Part shown: positions 1-8,896 of the stretch, one piece after another
How the letters are laid out: each line of letters starts with the position of its first letter
Position numbering within the stretch: the first letter of the stretch is position 1
From: Anabaena sp. CRKS33
Lineage (GTDB): Bacteria > Cyanobacteriota > Cyanobacteriia > Cyanobacteriales > Nostocaceae
Reading direction: 5' to 3'
NCBI GenBank assembly: GCA_001672075.1
Contig: LJOT01000001.1
Span: forward strand, 1 to 55,883
DNA length: 55,883 nt
The notes under the pieces: model-generated
Told to the model about the DNA's origin: nothing
Database searches by the model: none
What the model saw: only the letters and a program-made list of their open reading frames with translations
Position numbers and translations under genes: made by a program

Positions 1-160
1 GTTTAGAATCTGAGGGTTTAGAATCTGAGGGTTTAGAATCTGAGGGTTTAGAATCTGAGGGTTTAGAATCTGAGGGTTTAGAATCTGAGGGTTTAGAATT
101 TGAGGGTTTAGAATTTGAGGGTTTAGAGTTTGAGGGTTTAGAGTTTGAGGGTTGAGAATC
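1..160 (-). repeat. 15-bp coding tandem repeat (10 full units plus a partial) encoding PSDSK/PSNSK
   Basis: GTTTAGAATCTGAGG x6 (1-90), GTTTAGAATTTGAGG x2 (91-120), GTTTAGAGTTTGAGG x2 (121-150); in frame with the DUF3131 CDS on the minus strand. Confidence 0.95.
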
Positions 161-1483
161 ACCAGACGGTATTTTTGCAAAACTCACCCCACTACCACCA
201 ATTAAGGGACGATTTCCTCTAGCCTTATAATATAAAATCTCCATGATTAGGCCATTAGTATTACCTGTCAAGGACTTATTAGGTTTTTTTGTTTCTTCAT
301 ACAGTCCAGCGTAGAAGCCACCACCTTTAGGATCACGTAAATCCTTAACCGCATCAAAAACCTTTTGAGCATAAGCATTACCTGGGTAAAGATAGCGCCA
401 GCCAAAGGCAGCTTTAGTGCTAATATTCCGCAACTCTGTATAGGACTTATTTTTCTCCGTAATTGTCGCCCAAGCAACTCCATTCGAGTATATAGTATTG
501 TAGAGAAAATAAGGAGGTTGATCAATGTTGTCCTCAGAAACAGCAGTTAGTTGTCCCGTAGATTCAAAGCGTCGCTTTTGTACTTCTAAAATGTCAGCAG
601 CATATTTTTTTAAATAACCTTCTAAGCCAAATTCAATACCATCAAGAATATAGGATTCACTGACCACATAATTATTAGCATTAGTGCTTTGAAAATCACG
701 GGTATCAACAGGAATTTTCACACCGTTAATATCTACAAGTTTGAAAGGCTCTAAAGCCGCCGCTTTGGGTGCTTTAAATCCCCATAGTTCATAACCCCTA
801 ACAGCATATTCCTCATAACCAAGTCGCCCTTCTTGTACCAACAATGTTTTACCATTAGGTAAGACAAGCGCTCCGTAAAGTTGGTCATCTTTGAGTGATC
901 TTGCTAACTGCCACTTACTGAGAACTCCCTTTAACCAATTTTTATACTGAGGATGACAAGTGCCAATAATATGAAAAGCAGCCAATATGCGACCAATATC
1001 CAAAGCAGACCAACCCAGACCCTTTTCTAGAGGTTTATTAGCATAATCAGTCATTTTTCCATTAGCAGCATTATATACCTTGTTTGGTAAAGCGTTTTCA
1101 AATAAACTAAGGTTGGCAAAATTGGTAAGAAATTTGTTTAAGCGCGAATCAAATTCCGACTGGTTAATCAAATTCATCCACCGCGCTGCATTCAACGCCA
1201 TTAGGTAATTACCAATGTCCCAGAGAGTACCAGAAGGATAACCACCAGTAGAATTAGTAAACCCTGTATTTGCTTGATAGTTATTGACGAAGTACTGCCA
1301 AGCTGCACGAGCGTAAGTCTGTTCCTCCGGTGTCAGAGGGTCTGAAATTTGACTACAGCCATTAGGAGTAGAATTTTGTGCTAAAGATACTGTAGGCACA
1401 CAGAACAAAAATTGCAAAAATGCTCCACTTAGGAACAATGCAATCCATCTTAATAGTTTGTAGTGACGGTGTTGCTGTATCAT
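1..1483 (-). CDS. Secreted DUF3131-domain protein (putative glucan-acting (alpha/alpha)6 enzyme), 3'-truncated by the window edge; absent from the ORF track
   Basis: Manual translation from ATG at 1483: MIQQHRHYKLLRWIALFLSGAFLQFLFCVPTVSLAQ (signal-peptide-like), then ARAAWQYFVNNY, TLWDIGNYLMAL, QEGRLGYEEY, FYAGLYEETKKPNKSLTGNTNGLIMEILYYK. These blocks are colinear with the 54473..55864 protein. The segments read are in one frame that continues into the repeat at the left edge. Confidence 0.88.
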   Translation of the reverse strand, partial: MIQQHRHYKLLRWIALFLSGAFLQFLFCVPTVSLAQNSTPNGCSQISDPLTPEEQTYARAAWQYFVNNYQANTGFTNSTGGYPSGTLWDIGNYLMALNAARWMNLINQSEFDSRLNKFLTNFANLSLFENALPNKVYNAANGKMTDYANKPLEKGLGWSALDIGRILAAFHIIGTCHPQYKNWLKGVLSKWQLARSLKDDQLYGALVLPNGKTLLVQEGRLGYEEYAVRGYELWGFKAPKAAALEPFKLVDINGVKIPVDTRDFQSTNANNYVVSESYILDGIEFGLEGYLKKYAADILEVQKRRFESTGQLTAVSEDNIDQPPYFLYNTIYSNGVAWATITEKNKSYTELRNISTKAAFGWRYLYPGNAYAQKVFDAVKDLRDPKGGGFYAGLYEETKKPNKSLTGNTNGLIMEILYYKARGNRPLIGGSGVSFAKIPSGDSQPSNSKPSNSKPSNSKPSNSKPSDSKPSDSKPSDSKPSDSKPSDSKPSDSK

Positions 1484-1660
1484 TTACAAATAAAATTTGA
1501 GAACCATTCAGGGGGGACTAGAGTGATAGAGAACAGAGAATCACTTCACTATCGTTAGAAACGACACCAAAAATCTGATAGATTAAATAACAACTCTATT
1601 TTACCAAGCTACAGGAATCCTCAGTGATGTCTAAAAAGTATCAAGCAGTATAGACTGGCT

Positions 1661-1708
1661 ATTACCCACATTAAAGGGGTTTTGACGGACATTACCCACC
1701 ATGGGAAT
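1661..1708. promoter_or_regulatory. Candidate regulator sites in the divergent DUF3131/GT2 promoter region
   Basis: ATTACCCAC at 1661 and 1691 (30-bp spacing); the second copy is part of the near-palindrome ATTACCCACCATGGGAAT. Confidence 0.3.
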
Positions 1709-1794
1709 AGTTCAAATCAAAAATCAAATACAGGACTCCTATAGAAACAAACAACCGCTAATTGACTAATTTAAATTTTATTTTTGGTGACAAA

Positions 1795-3825
1795 ATGAAC
1801 TCAGCGTCCTCTAGTTATAATTCAGCCAATTTTTCCGGTAATAGCCGTTCAACACTGAAAAAAAGAACCCTACTTTTTCGGTATTTAGCGGAAATCAACT
1901 TAATTTTGGGTGCTTGGTATTTACAATGGCGGATAACTCATTCTATCAACTTTGATGCCCTATGGCTGTCTATTCCTTTATTGCTGGCGGAAATTTACAG
2001 CTATTTCGGGGGAGTTATGTTTGTCATTGGACTATGGCGGCCTATAGTCAGACAAGTTAAGTCCCTTAACCAGTTAAGCCCACCCCTTCCTGGCTCTGAT
2101 TGGGCAAATGTAGATGTGTTTATCACCTGCTATAACGAGCCCTCAGAAATGGTGGAAGAAACTGCTAGAGCAGCTTTAGCAATAGATTATCCAACCACAA
2201 AGCTGCGTGTATATGTATTAGATGATGGTAATTCTGAACAAATGCGAGCCATGTCAGAAAGATTAGCTCTAGAGGATTTACAATCACCATTATTACAACA
2301 GGAAGCTAATCGAATTGACGCGGAATTATCTACTTTAAATCAACGAATTGAGCAACTGGAAAATCTAGCAACTGATGTAAAAGCTGCTGAAGAATGGCTG
2401 CAACAATCATCTTCTAGATCAGAAAATACTTTCGAGAATATTCCTGCTAGATTTGTCCGCAGTTTACAACAGTTTATTCTCTGGTTAAATCCTCAGCATC
2501 AAAATAGTCATCATGCCAGTAAATCAACTATATATGAACATCTCAATCATGAACGCAGGGCATTAGAATTAGCAATTCGTCAAAAAGAATTAGAACTTGT
2601 GCAACTCGTTAGGTTACGGTATATTGCCCGTCCTAAACAACCAGGAGTACCTCATCATGCTAAAGCAGGTAATCTCAATTACGCCATTTTTTCTGGAGAG
2701 ACCACAGGGGATTTTATTCTGACTTTAGATGCAGATCATGTTCCTAAACCAGCATTTTTAAAGCGAGTTTTGCCATATTTCTATACCTATAATTTGTATT
2801 CAGGAAAATATGAACCAAACCGCATTGCATTTGTACAAACTCCCCAAGATTTTTATAATATTCCCCCTGGAGACCCCTTTGGACATCGAGCCAATTTATT
2901 TTATGGACCCATTCAACAAGGTAAAGATGGCATGAATTCAGCTTTCTACACAGGTACAAATGCAGTCCTCAGAAGAGAAGCATTGGTTAGTGTGGGTTTA
3001 CAATATTTTGCAGATGAATTTGTCAAAGATGGTAAAAAATTAGATGAATTTGAATTAATTGGCGGTGTTTCTAGCGATAGTATTACCGAAGATATGAATA
3101 CAGCCATGCGGTTGCATAGTTCTGGTTGGAAATCAATTTATCATCATGAATTATTAGCAGAAGGACTTGCTCCTGATGATTTAAGTTCTACCCTCAAACA
3201 GCGAATGCGCTGGTCTCAAGGCACAATTCAAGTGTTAATGAGAGAAAATCCTCTCACCAAACCAGGACTGACATTTTGGCAACGGTTACACTATTTTAAG
3301 ACAACATATAGTTATTTTTCTGGGTTTGCAACTTTGATTTTTATTGCTTGTCCCATTATTTATTTTTTTACGGGAACTATCCCCGTGAAAACCTATGGCT
3401 TTGATTTTACTATCCATTTTCTTCCAGCTTTTATAATTAATAGGTTGACTTTTTTAGCCGCTGGTTGGGGAATTAATGCTGCGGAATTATGGCGTTCAGA
3501 ACAATATTCTATCTCTTTATTTCCCCTATTCATTCAATCTGCGTGGAGTGTATTAACCGGACAACCTATTAAATTTCAGGTTACATCTAAGCAGCGACAA
3601 TCAGGAATCTATCTCCAGCTAATCTGGCCACAACTAACTGTGTTTATTTTGATGATTTTAGGTATAATATGGAGTATATATCGTTTCGCTATTGGTCAGC
3701 TAGAAACTCCTTGGGTTTATTTGATCAACACATTATGGGGTATATATATTTTATCTCTACTTTGGGCAATTATCAGCGCTGCTGTTTGGCAACCACAGGA
3801 CTTACACAAAACAGAAGGAAAGTAG
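1795..3825 (+). CDS. Processive GT2 glycosyltransferase, cellulose synthase (BcsA/CesA)-like, without PilZ domain
   Basis: Motifs DVFITCYNE, LDDG, HAKAGNLN, DADH, QTPQ, SITED and QRMRW (D,D,D,QxxRW); 2 N-terminal and several C-terminal TM helices. ATG 1795 preferred over TTG 1762. Confidence 0.93.
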   Translation: MNSASSSYNSANFSGNSRSTLKKRTLLFRYLAEINLILGAWYLQWRITHSINFDALWLSIPLLLAEIYSYFGGVMFVIGLWRPIVRQVKSLNQLSPPLPGSDWANVDVFITCYNEPSEMVEETARAALAIDYPTTKLRVYVLDDGNSEQMRAMSERLALEDLQSPLLQQEANRIDAELSTLNQRIEQLENLATDVKAAEEWLQQSSSRSENTFENIPARFVRSLQQFILWLNPQHQNSHHASKSTIYEHLNHERRALELAIRQKELELVQLVRLRYIARPKQPGVPHHAKAGNLNYAIFSGETTGDFILTLDADHVPKPAFLKRVLPYFYTYNLYSGKYEPNRIAFVQTPQDFYNIPPGDPFGHRANLFYGPIQQGKDGMNSAFYTGTNAVLRREALVSVGLQYFADEFVKDGKKLDEFELIGGVSSDSITEDMNTAMRLHSSGWKSIYHHELLAEGLAPDDLSSTLKQRMRWSQGTIQVLMRENPLTKPGLTFWQRLHYFKTTYSYFSGFATLIFIACPIIYFFTGTIPVKTYGFDFTIHFLPAFIINRLTFLAAGWGINAAELWRSEQYSISLFPLFIQSAWSVLTGQPIKFQVTSKQRQSGIYLQLIWPQLTVFILMILGIIWSIYRFAIGQLETPWVYLINTLWGIYILSLLWAIISAAVWQPQDLHKTEGK

Positions 3826-4017
3826 AGGTAATTCATGAATTACCTCTAAGAGGATATTTCAACAGAATTGTATACAACCACAAAACCTCACCCCGTGGGG
3901 AAAGTTAATGAAAGTCCTTATTGCTTGTAAATCTATTTTTTAAAGTTCGACAAAATGCCTTAAATAGTAGTAGAATTTTAAATAGATATGACGATTTTCA
4001 ATGGCAAATTTACAAAC

Positions 4018-4161
4018 TAACTAGGTGAACGGAAAAAAACCGACATAAGTAACAAAAAGTAAAGTTGCCGAAAACCTCTTCCCTGTTCCCTGTTCCCTGT
4101 TCCCTGTTCCCTGTTCCCTGTTCCCTTGTCATAACGACAATTTTTAACGCCAACCTACTTA
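4018..4161. mobile_element. Small MITE-like dispersed element carrying a (CCCTGTT)6 STRR tract
   Basis: Imperfect terminal inverted repeats TAACTAGGTGAACGGAAAAAA / TTTTTAACGCCAACCTACTTA; CCCTGTT x6 at 4081-4122. Confidence 0.6.
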
Positions 4162-4182
4162 ACACAGAAAGGAAGATAATTT

Positions 4183-4515
4183 ATGACTTCTAAAATTCAC
4201 GTCTTTGAACCATCAGGAATTTTAAACGCCACCTCCGGTAATGAATTACGTCGTCAAATTACTGATATCATTAATAATGGAGTTAATATGCTATTGATTG
4301 ATATGTCAAAGGTGACCTTTGTTGATAGTTCTGGTTTAGGTGCTTTAGTAGGAGCAATGCAAAGTGTTAGAAATGCTAAAGGAGAACTATTTGTATGTTC
4401 GATTAATGATCAAGTCAAAATGTTATTTGAATTAACGAAAATCAATCGAGTTTTGAACATATTAAGTAATAGAGAAGTGTTTGACAGCAAAGTATTAGAA
4501 CTAGAAAATGCTTAA
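4183..4515 (+). CDS. STAS-domain anti-sigma factor antagonist (RsbV/SpoIIAA-like)
   Basis: 110 aa with the conserved phosphosite motif IDMSKVTFVDSSGLGALV. Confidence 0.92.
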   Translation: MTSKIHVFEPSGILNATSGNELRRQITDIINNGVNMLLIDMSKVTFVDSSGLGALVGAMQSVRNAKGELFVCSINDQVKMLFELTKINRVLNILSNREVFDSKVLELENA

Positions 4516-4656
4516 TGGTTTGATTCTCTAGGTAAAGGTTGAGCAATTCTAAACTTGTACATATCCGGTTTTTCCCAATCTTAGAGGATGAATAGACAAG
4601 TCTAGTTGCACACAGACAAAACCCATCTTTTATGTTTCAAACCCTTAATTTTTTCC

Positions 4657-4705
4657 TAGTCCACCCAGGTGGTATGTGTTTGTGTAGTAGGGATTTATAA
4701 TCGCC
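4657..4705 (+). repeat. Dispersed Nostocales palindromic repeat (AGTCCAC-n-GTGG family), degenerate copy
   Basis: TAGTCCACCCAGGTGGTATGTGTTTGTGTAG resembles the reverse complement of 15047-15083. Confidence 0.5.
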
Positions 4706-4742
4706 AAAAACTTTTCAAACACCCTTGATAAAAATTTACATC

Positions 4743-5957
4743 TTAGGGATTTTGACAGCCACTAAAATTAACTCGTAGTAAAGACAAATCATCATCAAAA
4801 TTTTCGTTGCCGCTGATATTTATAATCTCAGGCAAGAGTTGATTAATATGATTGTTATTTGTCTGATTATGGGTGAGCAATAAATTAACGAAGGAGTCGA
4901 AACCCCAAATTTGTCCCCCTGGTTGCAGCAGTTCGTAAGTACCATCACTAAAAATATATAAAGTGCTGTTTTCTGCAACTTCCAAAATAGCAGTTTCAAA
5001 ACTGATATCTCGTAAAAAGCCAATGGGTAAATCTAGAGATTCTAGTTTTATAACCTCAAGACTGGAGGGATCATTTCCAAATATTAATACAGCCGGTGGA
5101 TGTCCAGCATTGCCATAAACTAGCTGATGATTAACACGATTAAAAACACAGTACAAAATGGTAAAGTATTTATCGCCATGTTTACTCATTTGAAAAGTCT
5201 CATTGAGTGCCTTGAGAACTGCTGCTGGTTGACAAAAATTAGTATTTGGTAGAGACTGCGATCGCAAGATATTCAATACAGATACAGATAACAAAGCCGA
5301 GCCTACACCATGACCAGAGACATCTAATAGATAAATTGCCAAATGCTCATCGTCAATCCAATAGTAATCAAAACAATCCCCACCCAACTGTGCTGAAGGT
5401 ACAAATAAAGATTCTATTGTCACTGATCCTACAAGTGGTAATGGTAAAAGCGATCGCACATAATCAGCAGCTTCAGCTAGTTCGGTTTCTAAAACCTGCT
5501 TTTGATGCTGCAAATCTCGATTTAACTGCTCTAAAATTTGCTTTTGATACTGCAAATCTCGACTTAATTGATGTAGCCTTAATGCTGCTCTTACCCGTGC
5601 TTTTAATTCATTCATCTCAATGGGTTTAGAGATAAATTCATCTGCTCCTGCGTCCAATCCTCTGACACGATCATCTTCCTCTCCTAAAGAAGCTCCTTTT
5701 GCAGTCAGAAGAATAAAAAAAGTCGTAGCTAATTTGGGATCTGACTTAATCTGACGACATACTTGTAAACCATCTATCCCAGACATTACCCAATCACAGA
5801 TAATGAGAGCGGGACATAATTTTTTGGCTTCTATTATTCCCTCTTCGCCATTAGCCGCTATGGTAACATCATAGCCCTGGGTTTTCAGCGTTTTTTTCAA
5901 AACCATTCGTAAGATAGGATCATCATCAATGACGAGGATTTTAAACATTTTGACCAT
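4743..5957 (-). CDS. Response-regulator receiver fused to a PP2C/SpoIIE phosphatase (RsbU/RsbP-like)
   Basis: REC motifs (VIDDD, CDWVM, KP), a coiled coil, and PP2C motifs GGDCFDY, DVSGHG, NAGHPP, FSDG and DDDLSL. Confidence 0.93.
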   Translation of the reverse strand: MVKMFKILVIDDDPILRMVLKKTLKTQGYDVTIAANGEEGIIEAKKLCPALIICDWVMSGIDGLQVCRQIKSDPKLATTFFILLTAKGASLGEEDDRVRGLDAGADEFISKPIEMNELKARVRAALRLHQLSRDLQYQKQILEQLNRDLQHQKQVLETELAEAADYVRSLLPLPLVGSVTIESLFVPSAQLGGDCFDYYWIDDEHLAIYLLDVSGHGVGSALLSVSVLNILRSQSLPNTNFCQPAAVLKALNETFQMSKHGDKYFTILYCVFNRVNHQLVYGNAGHPPAVLIFGNDPSSLEVIKLESLDLPIGFLRDISFETAILEVAENSTLYIFSDGTYELLQPGGQIWGFDSFVNLLLTHNQTNNNHINQLLPEIINISGNENFDDDLSLLRVNFSGCQNP

Positions 5958-6049
5958 TAAACAGTTTGAATAATTACTTATTAATTACTCTACATTAAAT
6001 CTTGTCTAAGGATTTACATTTTTCTTTTTCACATTCTATAGATTAACCA

Positions 6050-6469
6050 ATGAATCATAAAATCTACCTAAAAACCAATACAGATATTAATGCTACAAGT
6101 GAAGTTTTATCCTGGCTGGAGCAAATCAACCAGCCCCCATTTAATAATCAAACAATTTGGTGGGAATTACAAACACTAGTAGTAGAAGGATTTATTAATA
6201 TTGTAGAACACGCCCACAAAAAATTGCCCAGAGAAACTCCGATTGAATTAGAAGTGATTAGACTCGAAGAAGATATAGAAATTCGGATATGGTCTTTTGG
6301 AGAACCTTTTGAGTTAGAAAAGCAATTGCAAATAACTTCAGCATTAGAGGATAATGATCAAGAACGAGGACGGGGATTGCAAATAATATCCTCCATTGCT
6401 GACAAACTGTCTTATAAACTAACAGATGACAATCGTTATTGTTTATTTATCAGTAAACATTATTGTTAG
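6050..6469 (+). CDS. Anti-sigma factor Ser/Thr kinase (RsbW-like HATPase_c)
   Basis: N-box EGFINIVEHAH and G-box ERGRGL; adjacent to the RsbU-like and RsbV-like genes. Confidence 0.88.
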   Translation: MNHKIYLKTNTDINATSEVLSWLEQINQPPFNNQTIWWELQTLVVEGFINIVEHAHKKLPRETPIELEVIRLEEDIEIRIWSFGEPFELEKQLQITSALEDNDQERGRGLQIISSIADKLSYKLTDDNRYCLFISKHYC

Positions 6470-6519
6470 AATATGAAATTTATTTTGCACTACTACTAGA
6501 CATGGCGTGAGAAAAAATC

Positions 6520-6545
6520 TAGGGACAATTGATGAATTATCCCTA
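6520..6545. repeat. REP-like palindrome between convergent genes
   Basis: TAGGGACAATT-GATG-AATTATCCCTA. Confidence 0.5.
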
Positions 6546-6652
6546 TCATAGTTTCAGGTTAGCCACATTTGATGATCAATCAGATGTCTATTGGTAGTAG
6601 ATTCATTCAATTCATTCATCTGTGGTATAAATACATGAAACCTGCTGTAGAT

Positions 6653-7696
6653 CTAGGTCAATTTGGCGTGAGCAGCCAAAATAATTCTTTCTGTTTCTTC
6701 CCAATTAATACATTTATCAGTTACGGAAACACCATATTTTAGATCTTCACGATTTCCTGTAATCGTTTGACTACCTTCATACAAATTCGATTCTAGCATC
6801 ATTCCCACAATGGAACTATTACCATCTAATATTTGCTGAATAATATTTTCAAACACCATAGATTGTAACCTGTAATCTTTATTAGTATTACCATGACTAC
6901 AATCAACAACTATTCTTGGTGATAAATTAGCAGCTTTTAATTGTTCTTCCACTAATTTAATGTTCTCTGCATCAAAATTAGGCTGAGTTCCACCACGCAA
7001 AATTACATGACCATGAGCATTTCCCCTAGTTTGGAATACACTCACTTGTCCCTTTTGATTAATACCCAGAAAATTATGGGGCGTTCTCGCTGATTTGAGT
7101 GCATTTACAGCTACTTGAATATTCCCGTCAGTACCGTTTTTAAAACCCACCGGCATAGATAAACCACTAGCCATTTCTCGGTGTGTTTGTGATTCAGTTG
7201 TTCTCGCGCCAATTGCAGACCAAGATACCAATTCACTGATATATTGAGGAATAATCGGATCAAGTGCTTCTGTGGCGGTTGGTAATCCTAACTCTGTCAA
7301 CTTTAACAATAAACTTCTAGCAATTAATATCCCCTTTTCTACATTAAAGGAATCATCCATTTCGGGATCATTGATTAGTCCTTTCCAGCCTACAGTAGTT
7401 CTCGGCTTTTCAAAATAAACTCGCATAATTAATAGCAGTTTATCCTCAACTTTTTTCGCTAAATCTAGTAATTTTTCCCCATATTCTATGGCTGCTTTAG
7501 GATCATGAATTGAACAAGGACCAACAACAATGAATTTTCGTCTATCTTGGAAATCTAGAATATGTTCTATTTCTTGTCTGAATTTTAAAATTGTATTTTC
7601 AGCGGGTTTAGTTAAAGGTAATTTTTCCTTGACTTCATTAGGAGTTAGCAAAACATGAGAACTCTTAATGTTAGTGTTAATTAATTTGTGGATCAT
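6653..7696 (-). CDS. 3-deoxy-7-phosphoheptulonate (DAHP) synthase, type I-alpha (AroF/G/H-like)
   Basis: GPCSIHD, RVYFEKPRTTVGWKG, IGARTTESQTHRE, FKNGTDG, DCSHGN, GVSVTDKC. ATG at 7696 preferred as start. Confidence 0.95.
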   Translation of the reverse strand: MIHKLINTNIKSSHVLLTPNEVKEKLPLTKPAENTILKFRQEIEHILDFQDRRKFIVVGPCSIHDPKAAIEYGEKLLDLAKKVEDKLLLIMRVYFEKPRTTVGWKGLINDPEMDDSFNVEKGILIARSLLLKLTELGLPTATEALDPIIPQYISELVSWSAIGARTTESQTHREMASGLSMPVGFKNGTDGNIQVAVNALKSARTPHNFLGINQKGQVSVFQTRGNAHGHVILRGGTQPNFDAENIKLVEEQLKAANLSPRIVVDCSHGNTNKDYRLQSMVFENIIQQILDGNSSIVGMMLESNLYEGSQTITGNREDLKYGVSVTDKCINWEETERIILAAHAKLT

Positions 7697-7962
7697 AGCA
7701 GAAATCTCTTGATTTGTGTTATACGTTAGCAATCCTAAAACTTCTGTGACACTGTTTTTTATTCTCTTTAAGTCTAAATTAGTTAGTTAACAAAAAACAA
7801 AAAACAAGTTGCACAAATTCATGTAGGATTATTATGTGCAAGGGTTGATATATATTAATATACACAGCTTTTTGAAAAAATACAACATAAGTCTGTGTTA
7901 TTTCCATAACATTAGCCGGGAGAAGATAATTTAATACCTCAACCGAAATCAGAAGTAATCAC

Positions 7963-8074
7963 CGCAGATGAACGCAGATGAACGCAGATGAAGATAGACG
8001 AAGATAGATGAATTTATAAGCTTGATGATTCTGTACAGATTATTAGCAAATAATATGGTTTTCAAGGTAGACGC
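7963..8074 (+). repeat. 10-bp tandem repeat element (CGCAGATGAA)3, with a related copy at 48228-48290
   Basis: CGCAGATGAA x3, then GATAGAYGAA x2; downstream GGTTTTCAAGGTAGACGC is shared with the second copy. Confidence 0.7.
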
Positions 8075-8086
8075 AGTTCAGTAATT

Positions 8087-8464
8087 TTACTCAATTTTAC
8101 CTGTGGTGATTAACATATAACTTAATAACCAATTTGCGGAGGTGGCTCTGCGAGTTTGTCGAGGACCAAATTCACCAATTTTGTAACCTTTAAAACCTAA
8201 TTTTTCTTTAAGTAGCTGTTTATTTTCAGGAGGAATAGAACGAGTTAATTTCATAATTGCTGGACGAGAATCTATAAAATCCGGTGGTTGGGGATATTCC
8301 TCTCTCCATGTTGTCTCTACTTGACTATGATCATAAGTTTCTGTTGTGGTATCATAGCGATAACCTAAGTAATACCATAGTAATTGGTTCACGGTAGCAT
8401 CATCAATGGTATCATTAATGATTGCCCAAATTGTTTCTGTATTCAACGGCGGTAGGTTAGACAT
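8087..8464 (-). CDS. DUF1823-family cyanobacterial hypothetical protein
   Basis: YLGYRY, RPAIMKLTRSIP, LGFKGYK, TRRATSANWLL pattern. Confidence 0.75.
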   Translation of the reverse strand: MSNLPPLNTETIWAIINDTIDDATVNQLLWYYLGYRYDTTTETYDHSQVETTWREEYPQPPDFIDSRPAIMKLTRSIPPENKQLLKEKLGFKGYKIGEFGPRQTRRATSANWLLSYMLITTGKIE

Positions 8465-8896
8465 GATTTTCAGAGAACAGAGAAAATAGATATTATATGG
8501 CTATAATATAGCTGATTTCTTATACGTAGAAAGCTTGATGATATTTTTTGCTCAGATACTGCATATTGTGTACTCAAGATGTAAATTGCCTATAGCGCAT
8601 TATGACTACAGAATTAGCGGAAATAAAAGTAATTAGTTGCAAAAAAATTGCTACAATATTAGTTTTGTAATTCTAGTAATGGGAAAGTTTGTCGCCACGT
8701 TTTTGACTTATGCTGATTATATCACATAGAGTATCTCGAAGATATTTTCAACCCAAAAATAGTGCGGTAACAGTCATGCGTATCAATTTGAGCTTATTCC
8801 TAAAAAAGCTGATTTTTACGTTTACTGAGTCACCATATCAAGCAAGAAAAATCAATTTTTGTCCCCGCTTAACTCCTTGGCTATTAATTCACTACC

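Noticed and set aside
1-160. Telomere-like (GGGTTTA) or CRISPR interpretation of the terminal repeat
   Set aside because: The period is 15 bp with no spacers, and it reads in frame as PSDSK within the DUF3131 CDS.
268-550. ORFs 268..525 and 365..550
   Set aside because: They are alternative-frame or antisense shadows of the DUF3131 gene.
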